Positions 17,031-26,681 are shown, counted from the first letter of the stretch. The stretch is DNA of 64,000 nt from Desulfobacterales bacterium (GCA_963668645.2 CAXXWC010000018.1:558860-622859), one strand, 5' to 3'. Notes: generated by a model not told the origin, from the letters alone. A program made the numbers and translations.

Positions 17031-18355
17031 TACCGGTGGACCACCGCTGCCTGGTCCACGCGCCCCTTCACGGGGTCACCGCCGTGGTCAACCGGGCGGC
17101 GGCCGGACGGCTCCGGCAGATACTTACCGCAGGCCATCTGCCGGCCGACCTCGAAGAAGGGCTCGGGCCCTTGGCGCGGCGGTTGTGCCGGCCGCCGGCG
17201 CCGGCACCGGTGCACCGGACCGGCCCCTTCGCGCCGCGCCGGCTGAATCTGTTCATCACCGGGGACTGCAACCTGGCCTGCCGCTATTGTGTGCCGAACG
17301 GCGGCGGCGCCCCCCGTGCCACGATGCCGGAAGAGATCTGCACCCTGGCGCTGGCGTCTTTCGCAGCCATTGCAAGGCGCGATCGGCTCCCCGATGTCAC
17401 GGTCTATCTGCATGGTGGAGAACCGCTGCTCCACCTGGATCGGGTGGCCTTCTGCCTGGCCGAGGGCCGGCGGCAGGCCGGCAGACTCGGTCTGCCGTTT
17501 TATCTTTGCGCCACCACCAACGGTTGCTTTCCAGAAAAAACCGCCGAATGGGCCGCGGACCATTTCAATTTCCTCGTGGTCTCCCTGGACGGCACCGCCG
17601 GCGTTCACGACCGGCAGCGGCCCACGGCCAACGGCCGGGGCAGCTTCGCAACCGTGGCCGCCTTTCTTCACACCCTGAGACGGAAGAACGCCGCCTTCGC
17701 CATCCGCTGCACCGTTTCCGCCCAGGGGGCGGCGCAGATTGCGGATTGGACCCGCTTTTTTTGCCAGACCTTTGCGCCCCGGGTCATCGCCTTCGAGCCG
17801 GTCATGCCGACCGCCCGTTCGAAGGCGGCCGGCATCGGGCCGCCGGAAGCCGACGTTTTTGCCGGCGGCGTCATCGAGGCTCACCGCATCGCCAGCCAGT
17901 TCGGTATCGGCATCGAACTGCCGCGATGTGGCATCGACCGCATCACACGTTGCGCCCAATGCGGCCTTGTCGACGACCAGATGATCGTCACCCCGGACGG
18001 TTCGGTCTCCACCTGTTTTGCCGCCGATCATGAAAACTCGCCCCATGCCGATCCGTTTATCGTGGGACGATGCCATCCGGGTCGCGGCGGGCTGCGGTTC
18101 GACCACCAGCGCATCGAGCGTGTGCGGGCCATGGGTGTCGAGTCCATGACCGCCTGCAACGACTGCTTCTGCCGCTGGCACTGCGCCGGGGGCTGCCGGA
18201 TTATCCATTCGCCCGAGGCCGAGACGCAGGTCCGGCATCTGGCCTGTGCCATCACCCGTCATCTGATACGATGGAAACTGCTCCGGCGCGTGGACATCGC
18301 CACGGCGGCCGTCCCGATACAACGAGCGGAACAGGAACAGCATGCATCCATCTAA
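17000..18355 (+). CDS. Radical SAM/SPASM domain protein 2 (putative peptide maturase)
   Basis: CNLACRYC, HGGEPLL, SLDG, SPASM CGL...STC...CNDCFCRWHCAGGC...C. Confidence 0.93.
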   Translation: MGAAAKDIFLIPVDHRCLVHAPLHGVTAVVNRAAAGRLRQILTAGHLPADLEEGLGPLARRLCRPPAPAPVHRTGPFAPRRLNLFITGDCNLACRYCVPNGGGAPRATMPEEICTLALASFAAIARRDRLPDVTVYLHGGEPLLHLDRVAFCLAEGRRQAGRLGLPFYLCATTNGCFPEKTAEWAADHFNFLVVSLDGTAGVHDRQRPTANGRGSFATVAAFLHTLRRKNAAFAIRCTVSAQGAAQIADWTRFFCQTFAPRVIAFEPVMPTARSKAAGIGPPEADVFAGGVIEAHRIASQFGIGIELPRCGIDRITRCAQCGLVDDQMIVTPDGSVSTCFAADHENSPHADPFIVGRCHPGRGGLRFDHQRIERVRAMGVESMTACNDCFCRWHCAGGCRIIHSPEAETQVRHLACAITRHLIRWKLLRRVDIATAAVPIQRAEQEQHASI

Positions 18356-21300
18356 GCCATTGTCGTTTCTCGCGCGCCCCGTGCTGACCGCCATCGTATG
18401 CGCCGCTGTTCTCGGGATCGGGTTTAGCCCGGTGTACGCCGATCACGACACGGCCAAAACGGCGCTCAAATACGGCAACGACCTTTTTTTTCAGCAGGAT
18501 TTCATCGGGGCTGAAACCCGTTTTGCAGCCGCCGTGGCCGAAGATCCCGACTGGGCCGTGGCCTACAACAACCGCGGGCTCGCCCGCTACAAGCAGGAAC
18601 GGCTCGCCGATGCGGAAGCCGACTTCACCACGGCCATCGCCAAGGACGGCGATTATCTGGCACCGCTCATCAACCGGGCCAAGTGCCGCGCCGCCCAGAA
18701 ACGATGGGCCGATGCCCTGGACGATCTCCAGCAGGGGCTGGCCCTTTGCCCGCAGCACCCGAAGCTGTTGTACAACCTGGCCTGGGTTTACGACGCCCAG
18801 GGGGAGACCGCTGCGGCCGCCGAAACCTATGAGGCGGTGCTGGTCCTTTCCCCGGACCATCTGCGCGCCCGGATCGGCCTGGCCGTGGCCTATGCTGCCC
18901 TGGGCCGCACGGACGACGCCCTGGCCATGTTCTACGAGGCCCTGAACCGGGCCGAACGGGGTGATTTCGACTCCCTGCTGGCCGCCCACAACCTGGATCT
19001 GCTGCGAGGCCCCGGCCTCAGCTTTGCCACCCAGGAAGCGGCCGATTTCCACACCCAGGGCGTTTTTCACCTGGCCACCGGCCAGCACACCGCCTGCTGC
19101 ACGGCACTCAATAGCGCCCTGGCCTGCGATCGTGGTTCGGCTGCAACCTACTGGGTGCGGTACCTGAGCTACTTGAAGCGCGCAGAGGAACGCCTGGCCC
19201 GGATCTGCCGGCAGCAGGCCGGCACCCGCCTCGAACGGCGCTATGTCCGCGGGTTTACCGACGGCGCCGACATCTTCCACAACGGCCTTCACCAGGGGAC
19301 CGCGCCGGCCATGCTCTATTTGTTTCCCGGCCCTTCGGATCTGGTCCTGAGGCACCTGGTCGAGGGGACCCGTTATCAATGGGCCGGACCGCTGGCGGCG
19401 GGCGACAGCGCCGGAGATCTGCTGCCCCTGCGGCTCAATCCGGCCGCGGTATCGGCATACCAGGCGTTCGGTCCGGTTGCGGACAGCGACGGCGACCGGC
19501 TGGCGGACGCCTGGGAACAGTTGTGGTTTGCCGGCCTGGACCAGGAACCGGCGGACGACGCCCCGGACGGCGACGGTCTGGCCGATCTGGACGAATTCAG
19601 GTCCGGCACCAGTCCTGCCGCGGTCGATACCGACGGCGACGGGCGCTCCGACGCCCTGGAATCCGCCGGCGGTGAAACCGATCCGGCCAGGGGCAATGCG
19701 TTTTTTTATGTCAACGACGCAGATACGCAAAACGACATTTACTGCACCGCCCCCGGCGATGACACCCACGACGGGCTCAGTCCGGCCACCCCCAAAGCCT
19801 CTCTATCCGCCCTGCTGGCGGCCGTGGATCTGCCGCCGGGGGCCGTGGTGCGGATCGACACCGGCACCTACGTTTCGACGGCCGATACCGTGGTGGCTGC
19901 GCAGGACGGGGGAACGGCCCTGCTGCCCGTCACCATTTGCGGGGCCCCCGGCGGCGGCACCGTGCTCCGGCGCGATGGCGGAGCGACCGGCGCGGCGGTG
20001 TTGCGACTGGACCACACCGCCCAGGTCAAGATCGTGAACCTGGTTTTGACCGGCGCCCAGGACGGTTTCGGCCTGTTGGATCAGGCAAGCCAGGGGTGCC
20101 GGGTGGAGCGCTGCACCGCCCGGGGCAACGGGACGGGATTTTACTTCAATGGCCCGATCCGCAACAGCCTGGCCTGGGACAACGATACCGGCCTGGACAT
20201 CGGCCCCGAGGCCCGGGTGGCCAACTGCACCGTGGCGCAAAACCGCCAGGTGGGCATTTTCATCCGGGGCGGCCACATCTCCGGCAGCATCGTCACCGCG
20301 GCAGGATCCGGAGCCTATGCCCTCTATCATGCCGAGGGCGACCTGCGCTCGGATCACAACGACCTTTTTGTCACCGGCGGTGCGGCCGTGGGGTTTTCCC
20401 TGGGCCGCCGGACCTGCCTGGCAAACTGGCGCGCCGCCACAGGCCAGGACCTGAACAGCCTGAGCGAGGATCCCCTGTTTGCGGAAGCGCCGCAGGGCGA
20501 TTTTTCCCTGCAATCGGCCGGCGGCCGCTACGATGCCGCTGCCGCTGCATGGGTCGCCGATGCCCTGACCAGCCCGGCCGTGGACGCCGGCGCCCTGGAT
20601 GCGGACAGCTCCGGAGAGCCGCTGCCAAACGGCGGGCGCACCAACCTGGGCGCCTTCGGTGGCACCGGCCAGGCATCCAAAAGCGGCCCTCTGCGCCGGT
20701 TGCGGCTGCTGACCCCCGCCGGCGGGGAGCGCTGTGCAGCCACGGTCCCCATCCGGTTTTGCTGCACCGGCACGGCCTGGACGGCAACCGATACCCTGGC
20801 CATTTACTATGCCACGCAGGACTCGCCCCTCGACTGGACCCCGATCGCCCAGGGCATCCCTTACGACCTTGGGGCCTATCTCTGGCAAGCCCCTGCGGAG
20901 GTGGTGGCGGCGGGCCAGCCGGTATGGATCCGCCTGACCGCGGAATCGGACCCGGCCCTTGCCGCTGCGGCTGGCAGCCCCTTTTATTTTCGTGACTTGG
21001 TGCTTACGGCCCCGGTGGGCGGCGAGCGGGTATCGGGAACCCTGAGCGTCACCTGGCAGACCACCGGCGCCGGATGGACGGCCGAAGACGCCCTGCGCCT
21101 GGAAGTTTCCGCCGACAACGGCCGGACCTGGATCACGGCCGCCGAACACCTGCCGGCCGCGCAAGGCAGCTACGACTGGGACTGCACCGGCGCGGTCGAC
21201 GGCCCCTACCACCGGATCCGCCTGGTCTCGGAGCGGACCCCGGACCTCTGGGCCCAGAGCGCGAGGGCGTTTTACGTATGCAACGCACCGTTGCACTACT

Positions 21301-24300
21301 ATGTCAACGATGCCCAAACAGCCCTCGACGCCTGGTGCACAGCCCCGGGGCAAGACCTGGCCGGCAACGGCGCCACCCCGGACCGGCCCGCCGCATCGGT
21401 CAACTGGATCGTGGACACCTTCGATCTCGAACCTGGCGACACGGTACACATCGACACCGGCACCTATGTCCTGGCGGCCGACATCGTGGTGACGGCTGAC
21501 GATGCCGGGGCGGAGAACCATCCGGTGCGATTCGAAGGCGCGCCTTTCGGGGTGGTCCTGAACCGGGCCAATCCCAATGCCGGAAACCCGGCCTGGCGCA
21601 TCGACGGTGCCTCGAACATCACCATCACCACGGCCACCAGCGATCGCCATCCCCAGGCGCCCCGCAAATGGATGGCCGTCACCGGCGGCTACAGCGGCAT
21701 CGATCTGAGCGTTGCCTATCATTGCACCCTGAGCCGGCTGGAGCTTTACGGCAATACCCACGCGGGCATCGCCGGCAACAGCACTCTCGATCTTGCCTGC
21801 CGCAACAACGTCATTCACCACAATGCCCGGGGCATCTACCTGTGGGGCTGTCGTACCAACAGACTGGAAAACAACACCCTGTACCAAAACAGCACCAGCC
21901 AGATCGACCTGGAGCAGTACTCGGTCTCCAACACCCTGGGCAACAACATCGTCGTCGCCAGAGGAAGCGGCGCCATGGGCATCCGGGTCCATGACAAGAG
22001 CCGGGATCTGACCTTTTGCGACTACAACCTCATTCACGCCTCTCAGGGCGCCATCGCAGGCCACTACAGCGGCGACTGCGCCACCCTCCAGGCCTGGCAG
22101 GCCGCCACGGCCCGCGACGCCCACAGCCTGTCCAACGCCCCCGGGTTCGTAGACGGCGAAAACGGCGACGTCCACCTGGCCAGTTCCGGGGGCAGCTACC
22201 ATGGCGGAAAATGGCGGGCGGACGACACGAGTGCCGCCGGCATCGATGCCGGTGATCCGGCCGTCGATGTCGGGGACGAGCCCTCCGACCATGGAAACCG
22301 GATCAACCTCGGCGCTTACGGCGGTACGGACCAGGCCTCGCGCACCCCGCCGGACCGGGCCCTGGTGCTCCAGGCCCCCAACGGCGGTGAAACGGTGAAC
22401 GGCGTTTGCACCGTGCGGTGGCGAAGCGCCGGCCGGGGGTGGGCGGAGACGGACACCGTCAGCGTCCAGATCTCCTCCGATGACGGGGGCACCTGGCAGA
22501 CGGTGGCCAGCGGGATCGCGGCGGCCGACGAGGCCTGGGCCTGGGATACCACGGCCCATCCCAGCGGCGCCAACTACCGGCTGCGGATCACCTGCGATGC
22601 GCAGCCCGGCCTTGCGGCGGCCAGTGAACAATGGTTTGCCGTCACCAACAGCCGGATCACCTACTACGTCAACGACGGGTCGATCGAAGGCGATCTCTGG
22701 TGCACGGCCCCCGGGTCGGATGCGCCCCAACGGGGAACGGCGCCGGCGTCCCCGGCCGCTTCGGTCTCCTGGATCCTTGAAAACTACGATCTGGAGCCCG
22801 GCGATGTGGTGCAGGTGGACACGGGCGTTTACGCGCTTTCGGAAAACATCCGGATCACCGCCGCAGATCAAGGCGACGCCACCGCCCCCGTGGTCTTCGA
22901 GGCCTCCCCCTACGGGGTCACCCTGGACCGGGGCGACCGCTCCGGGGGCAGTTACGCCTGGTCCATCGACAACGCCGACCATATCGTCATCCGCACGGCC
23001 AGCGCGGAAACGGATCCGGAACGGCCCCAGACATGGATGCGCCTGGTCAACACGCATATCGCCGTCAACCTGGGTTATGCCGAAGACTGCACCGTGGAAC
23101 GGATCACGGCCGTGGACTGCGGCAACATCGGCGTGAATCTTTTTCGCAGCCATTCAAACCGGGTGCGCCATTGTGTGGTGTACGGGGCGGACAACTACGG
23201 CATCCAGCTTTGGGACGCCACGGAAAACCGGATCGAAAACAACACCATGGCATCGAATCGGTATGGCGGCGTGATCCTGACGGGATCCGCCGCGGCCAAT
23301 GAACTGAGCAACAACATCATCTATCAGACCGGCACGAACCGGGCCGGGATCGACAGCCGCAGCCAGCAGACCCTGGCGGCATCGGACTACAATCTCGTGC
23401 AGACCGAGAACGGCGCCGTTTTCGGGCTTTTCGGCGTCAACGAATTCTGTGCCACCCTGCGGGACTGGCAGGCCAAATCCGCACTGGACACCCACAGCAT
23501 GGTCGCCGATCCCGGCTTCGCCGACCCCGGGGCCGGCGATTACCACCTGTTGAGCACGGGGGGACGCTATGACGGGGGAACCTGGCAGATCGATCCTCTG
23601 TCGAGCCCGGCCCTGGACGCCGGAGACCCGGCCGTGGACCCGGGCATTGAACCGGCCGCCAACGGCGGGCGCATCAATATGGGCGCCTACGGGGGCACCG
23701 CCGGGGCATCCAAATCGCCGGCCGGGCGCGGGCTGGCCCTGCGCATGCCCCGGGGCGGGGACGTGGTTGAGGGCCAATACCCCATCGCCTGGCTGAGCCC
23801 GGGCCAGGGGTGGGAAGAGGGCGACACCATTTCCATCGACTATTCGACGGACAACGGCACCACCTGGCAGCCCCTGGCCCGGGCTGTGCCGGCCCGCACG
23901 GGCGCCGGGGATATGGCCTTCAAATGGGATACTACGACGCTGGCCGACCAGCCGTTTTACCGGGTGCGCATCACCTGCGACCAGGATGTTGCGGTCAGCG
24001 ATGCGGGGGCCCATTGGTTTACCGTTCACAACCGGCCCATCGCCTATTACGTCAACGACGACGACGAGACAGACGACGTCTGGTGCACGGCCCCGGGAAG
24101 CGACGCCCATGACGGCCTGGCGCCGCAACGCCCGCTTTGCACCATTCAGGCGGTCATCGAGCGCTACGACCTGGAACCGGGCGATACGGTGTTCATCGAC
24201 ACCGGGTCCTATCCCCTGGCGGCCGACATTCGCATCACCAATGCCGACGAAGGCGATACAGACGCTCCGGTCACTTTCAAGGCATCTGCGGCGGGTGTCT

Positions 24301-26072
24301 CGATCCAGCGCAGCGGAACCAGCGGCGGGCGGTGTGCCTGGATTGTGGACGATGCCAACCACGTCGTCATCACCACGGACACCACCCAAAACGGCTCCGC
24401 CTGGGTTCCGATGAAGATCACCGGTGCCGGAACCGGGGTCTTTTTCCTCAACGCCCACAACGGCGAGGTTTCTTTCCTCGAGCTGGCCGGCAACACATCG
24501 GCCATCGGGTCCCAGAGCAGCCACAATCTTCGCATGGCCCACAACATCATCCACGGGAACCAGACGGGGATCGGATTCAACGGTTCCAACGGCAATATCA
24601 TCGAGCAGAATACGGTGGTGGACAACAGCCTGGTTCAAGTGAATTTTTTCTATTGCCAGAGCGCCGTGATGGAAAACAACATCCTTGGCGCCGGCGCTGC
24701 GGACAGCGCCGTTTTCAACTGTAATCGGGGCGACGTGATCCAGCGATCGGATTACAACCTTTTCTATACGACCGGCAACGCCCTGGTGGCCGAGTATCTG
24801 GGAGACGACCGGGAGACCCTGGCGGATTGGCAGGCCGCCACCGGTTTTGACGCCCACAGCCTCTTCGCCGATCCGCTTTTTGTCGACGGGGCCGGGGGGG
24901 ACTTCCACTTGCAAAGCCGGCGGGGAAGCTTTCACGGGGGCTCCTGGAGCGCCGATAGCGCCACCAGCCCGGCGGTGGACCGGGGTGATCCCGGCACCGA
25001 CTGGGGGGATGAACCTTTGCAAAACGGCGGCCGGGTCAACCTCGGGGCCTACGGCGGCACCGGGCAGGCCTCGAAAGGCATCATGAGCGTGACTGCCCCG
25101 GTGCGCTATACCAACACGGATGCCGTCATTGTGTCCGGCACCCGGGGAACCGGAGTCACCCTGTCGGTGGCTACGGATACTGCCGCCGCGCCCGGCGAGA
25201 TCGAATACGCCGAGGACGGAACCTGGCAGGTCGCCATCCGCGGCCTGGCGGAAACGGCCAACACCATCACCATTGTTGCTTCGGACGGCGGTGGGGAGGC
25301 ATCAACGGCCATCGTAACCGTGGTCTATGACATCACCCCGCCGTCCATCGGCGTCGATGAAACCGAAAGCCATACCAACCAGGCGCCGTATGTCGTCACC
25401 GGCACCCGGGAAGCCGGCGCCAGGATCGAGGTGTGGGGCGAGACATCCGGGGTATCGGCCGATATCACCTACCCGTCGGAAACCACCTGGCAGGCATCGG
25501 TATCCGGCCTTTGCCAGGACCGCAATCCCTTAACGGCCCGCGCCACGGATCCGGCCGGCAACACGGCGAGCGTTTCTGCGGTCATCGTATACGACACCCG
25601 GCCGCCGGAGGTGACCCTCGATCCGGTGATCACGCCGACTATCGAGGCCACCCAGGTCGTTTCCGGCACCCGGGAAACGGGCAGCGATATCAGCCTTGCG
25701 GTGGATACCACCGCCCAGGTGCAGGCCCTGACCTACCCTTCGCCGGTCACGTGGACGGCAACCCTGCAAGACCTTGCGACCGGGTACAACCGGTTGACGG
25801 TCTCGGCGGCCGACCGGGCCGGCAACCTCTCCAGCGCCAGCGGCACCATTCTTTACCGCAGCCACTTTTACTGTTACGGTGATGTCGATCGGAGCGATTC
25901 GGTGGATCTTGCCGACGCTGTTCTGGCCCTGCAGATCTGTGGCTCCCGGCCACCGGGAACGCCGATCTTCATGGAGGGGGATACCGACGAAGACGGCATC
26001 ATCGATCTGAAGGACGCATTGCATGTCCTCGGCATTGTCTGCGGGTATCGCTCGTGCCGCTATCATGAATAA
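18342..26072 (+). CDS. Giant secreted protein: signal peptide, TPRs, DxDxDG Ca-binding repeats, four beta-helix modules with Ig-like spacers, three Ig-like repeats, C-terminal dockerin-like domain
   Basis: Sec signal ending VYA; AYNNRG/LYNLAW TPRs; four YVND..CTAPG.D...DTG.Y...GA(F/Y)GGT..AS modules; GDVDRSDSVDLADA and GDTDEDGIIDLKDA. Confidence 0.9.
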   Translation: MHPSKPLSFLARPVLTAIVCAAVLGIGFSPVYADHDTAKTALKYGNDLFFQQDFIGAETRFAAAVAEDPDWAVAYNNRGLARYKQERLADAEADFTTAIAKDGDYLAPLINRAKCRAAQKRWADALDDLQQGLALCPQHPKLLYNLAWVYDAQGETAAAAETYEAVLVLSPDHLRARIGLAVAYAALGRTDDALAMFYEALNRAERGDFDSLLAAHNLDLLRGPGLSFATQEAADFHTQGVFHLATGQHTACCTALNSALACDRGSAATYWVRYLSYLKRAEERLARICRQQAGTRLERRYVRGFTDGADIFHNGLHQGTAPAMLYLFPGPSDLVLRHLVEGTRYQWAGPLAAGDSAGDLLPLRLNPAAVSAYQAFGPVADSDGDRLADAWEQLWFAGLDQEPADDAPDGDGLADLDEFRSGTSPAAVDTDGDGRSDALESAGGETDPARGNAFFYVNDADTQNDIYCTAPGDDTHDGLSPATPKASLSALLAAVDLPPGAVVRIDTGTYVSTADTVVAAQDGGTALLPVTICGAPGGGTVLRRDGGATGAAVLRLDHTAQVKIVNLVLTGAQDGFGLLDQASQGCRVERCTARGNGTGFYFNGPIRNSLAWDNDTGLDIGPEARVANCTVAQNRQVGIFIRGGHISGSIVTAAGSGAYALYHAEGDLRSDHNDLFVTGGAAVGFSLGRRTCLANWRAATGQDLNSLSEDPLFAEAPQGDFSLQSAGGRYDAAAAAWVADALTSPAVDAGALDADSSGEPLPNGGRTNLGAFGGTGQASKSGPLRRLRLLTPAGGERCAATVPIRFCCTGTAWTATDTLAIYYATQDSPLDWTPIAQGIPYDLGAYLWQAPAEVVAAGQPVWIRLTAESDPALAAAAGSPFYFRDLVLTAPVGGERVSGTLSVTWQTTGAGWTAEDALRLEVSADNGRTWITAAEHLPAAQGSYDWDCTGAVDGPYHRIRLVSERTPDLWAQSARAFYVCNAPLHYYVNDAQTALDAWCTAPGQDLAGNGATPDRPAASVNWIVDTFDLEPGDTVHIDTGTYVLAADIVVTADDAGAENHPVRFEGAPFGVVLNRANPNAGNPAWRIDGASNITITTATSDRHPQAPRKWMAVTGGYSGIDLSVAYHCTLSRLELYGNTHAGIAGNSTLDLACRNNVIHHNARGIYLWGCRTNRLENNTLYQNSTSQIDLEQYSVSNTLGNNIVVARGSGAMGIRVHDKSRDLTFCDYNLIHASQGAIAGHYSGDCATLQAWQAATARDAHSLSNAPGFVDGENGDVHLASSGGSYHGGKWRADDTSAAGIDAGDPAVDVGDEPSDHGNRINLGAYGGTDQASRTPPDRALVLQAPNGGETVNGVCTVRWRSAGRGWAETDTVSVQISSDDGGTWQTVASGIAAADEAWAWDTTAHPSGANYRLRITCDAQPGLAAASEQWFAVTNSRITYYVNDGSIEGDLWCTAPGSDAPQRGTAPASPAASVSWILENYDLEPGDVVQVDTGVYALSENIRITAADQGDATAPVVFEASPYGVTLDRGDRSGGSYAWSIDNADHIVIRTASAETDPERPQTWMRLVNTHIAVNLGYAEDCTVERITAVDCGNIGVNLFRSHSNRVRHCVVYGADNYGIQLWDATENRIENNTMASNRYGGVILTGSAAANELSNNIIYQTGTNRAGIDSRSQQTLAASDYNLVQTENGAVFGLFGVNEFCATLRDWQAKSALDTHSMVADPGFADPGAGDYHLLSTGGRYDGGTWQIDPLSSPALDAGDPAVDPGIEPAANGGRINMGAYGGTAGASKSPAGRGLALRMPRGGDVVEGQYPIAWLSPGQGWEEGDTISIDYSTDNGTTWQPLARAVPARTGAGDMAFKWDTTTLADQPFYRVRITCDQDVAVSDAGAHWFTVHNRPIAYYVNDDDETDDVWCTAPGSDAHDGLAPQRPLCTIQAVIERYDLEPGDTVFIDTGSYPLAADIRITNADEGDTDAPVTFKASAAGVSIQRSGTSGGRCAWIVDDANHVVITTDTTQNGSAWVPMKITGAGTGVFFLNAHNGEVSFLELAGNTSAIGSQSSHNLRMAHNIIHGNQTGIGFNGSNGNIIEQNTVVDNSLVQVNFFYCQSAVMENNILGAGAADSAVFNCNRGDVIQRSDYNLFYTTGNALVAEYLGDDRETLADWQAATGFDAHSLFADPLFVDGAGGDFHLQSRRGSFHGGSWSADSATSPAVDRGDPGTDWGDEPLQNGGRVNLGAYGGTGQASKGIMSVTAPVRYTNTDAVIVSGTRGTGVTLSVATDTAAAPGEIEYAEDGTWQVAIRGLAETANTITIVASDGGGEASTAIVTVVYDITPPSIGVDETESHTNQAPYVVTGTREAGARIEVWGETSGVSADITYPSETTWQASVSGLCQDRNPLTARATDPAGNTASVSAVIVYDTRPPEVTLDPVITPTIEATQVVSGTRETGSDISLAVDTTAQVQALTYPSPVTWTATLQDLATGYNRLTVSAADRAGNLSSASGTILYRSHFYCYGDVDRSDSVDLADAVLALQICGSRPPGTPIFMEGDTDEDGIIDLKDALHVLGIVCGYRSCRYHE
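19701..25077 (+). repeat. Four diverged intragenic copies of a beta-helix module, spaced about 1.35-1.6 kb apart
   Basis: Module starts near 19701, 21297, 22662 and 24045 (TA(C/T)GTCAACGA...TGCAC.GCCCC.GG). Confidence 0.85.
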
Positions 26073-26107
26073 CCACCGCCTGGAAAATGCATACCGGAGA
26101 GTTCCCC

Positions 26108-26410
26108 ATGGGTGAAAAACGCCCCGACCAGACCCTGAAAAGCACCATCCTGCCCCTCGAAGAGAATGCGCCCCAGGTCTACGCGGTGGTGGACCTGCGC
26201 CCCTACCTGAAGCCCGAGATGGACGAAGAACTGACCTCCCCCGAAGGCGAACCGGCCGTTTACGGAACGGAAACCGTGTGTGGTTGCGTACCGGTGGAAG
26301 ACTGCGCCTGCAATACCGTCAGTCATTTTGTCGACGGCGACAGCTGCCCATCCCACTGCAGTTGCGTCGGCCACGGCGGTGGCGGTGGCGTCTACTGGTA
26401 TCCTTATTGA
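26108..26410 (+). CDS. Cys-rich putative RiPP precursor peptide (100 aa)
   Basis: GGAGA RBS; acidic leader with YLKPEM; core CGC/CAC/C..CSC; tail GGGGGVYWYPY; last gene of the rSAM operon. Confidence 0.8.
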   Translation: MGEKRPDQTLKSTILPLEENAPQVYAVVDLRPYLKPEMDEELTSPEGEPAVYGTETVCGCVPVEDCACNTVSHFVDGDSCPSHCSCVGHGGGGGVYWYPY

Positions 26411-26681
26411 CCGGTCCGGCCAGGGCAGGGTCATCAGCCTGTGGATAAACGGCGTCTCGGGCTGCCGGAAGGCGTTGCGGCCTCTTCTAAAATGCTCGCA
26501 CAGACTTGAATATGCTGCGCTTTGCGAAATCGGCCGCGTCTTGCCGGACAGAAGACACTCGTCTTATCCACAGGCCGATTGAGCGAATGCCTGCAGGTGG
26601 CGGCATCCGGTGTTGCGGACGGAAGGACCGGTGCGGCGGCGTGCTGGAATTATTTACTCATAGCAGTTGAAGGAGCGTCCG

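Noticed and set aside
15137..18355. PQQ biosynthesis or anaerobic sulfatase maturation
   Set aside because: No pqqA/B/C or ExxxY peptide and no sulfatase gene nearby; a Cys-rich peptide is present instead.
18252..25022. Long minus-strand ORFs (505, 1116 and 622 aa)
   Set aside because: Antisense shadows of the GC-rich giant gene with no recognisable motifs.
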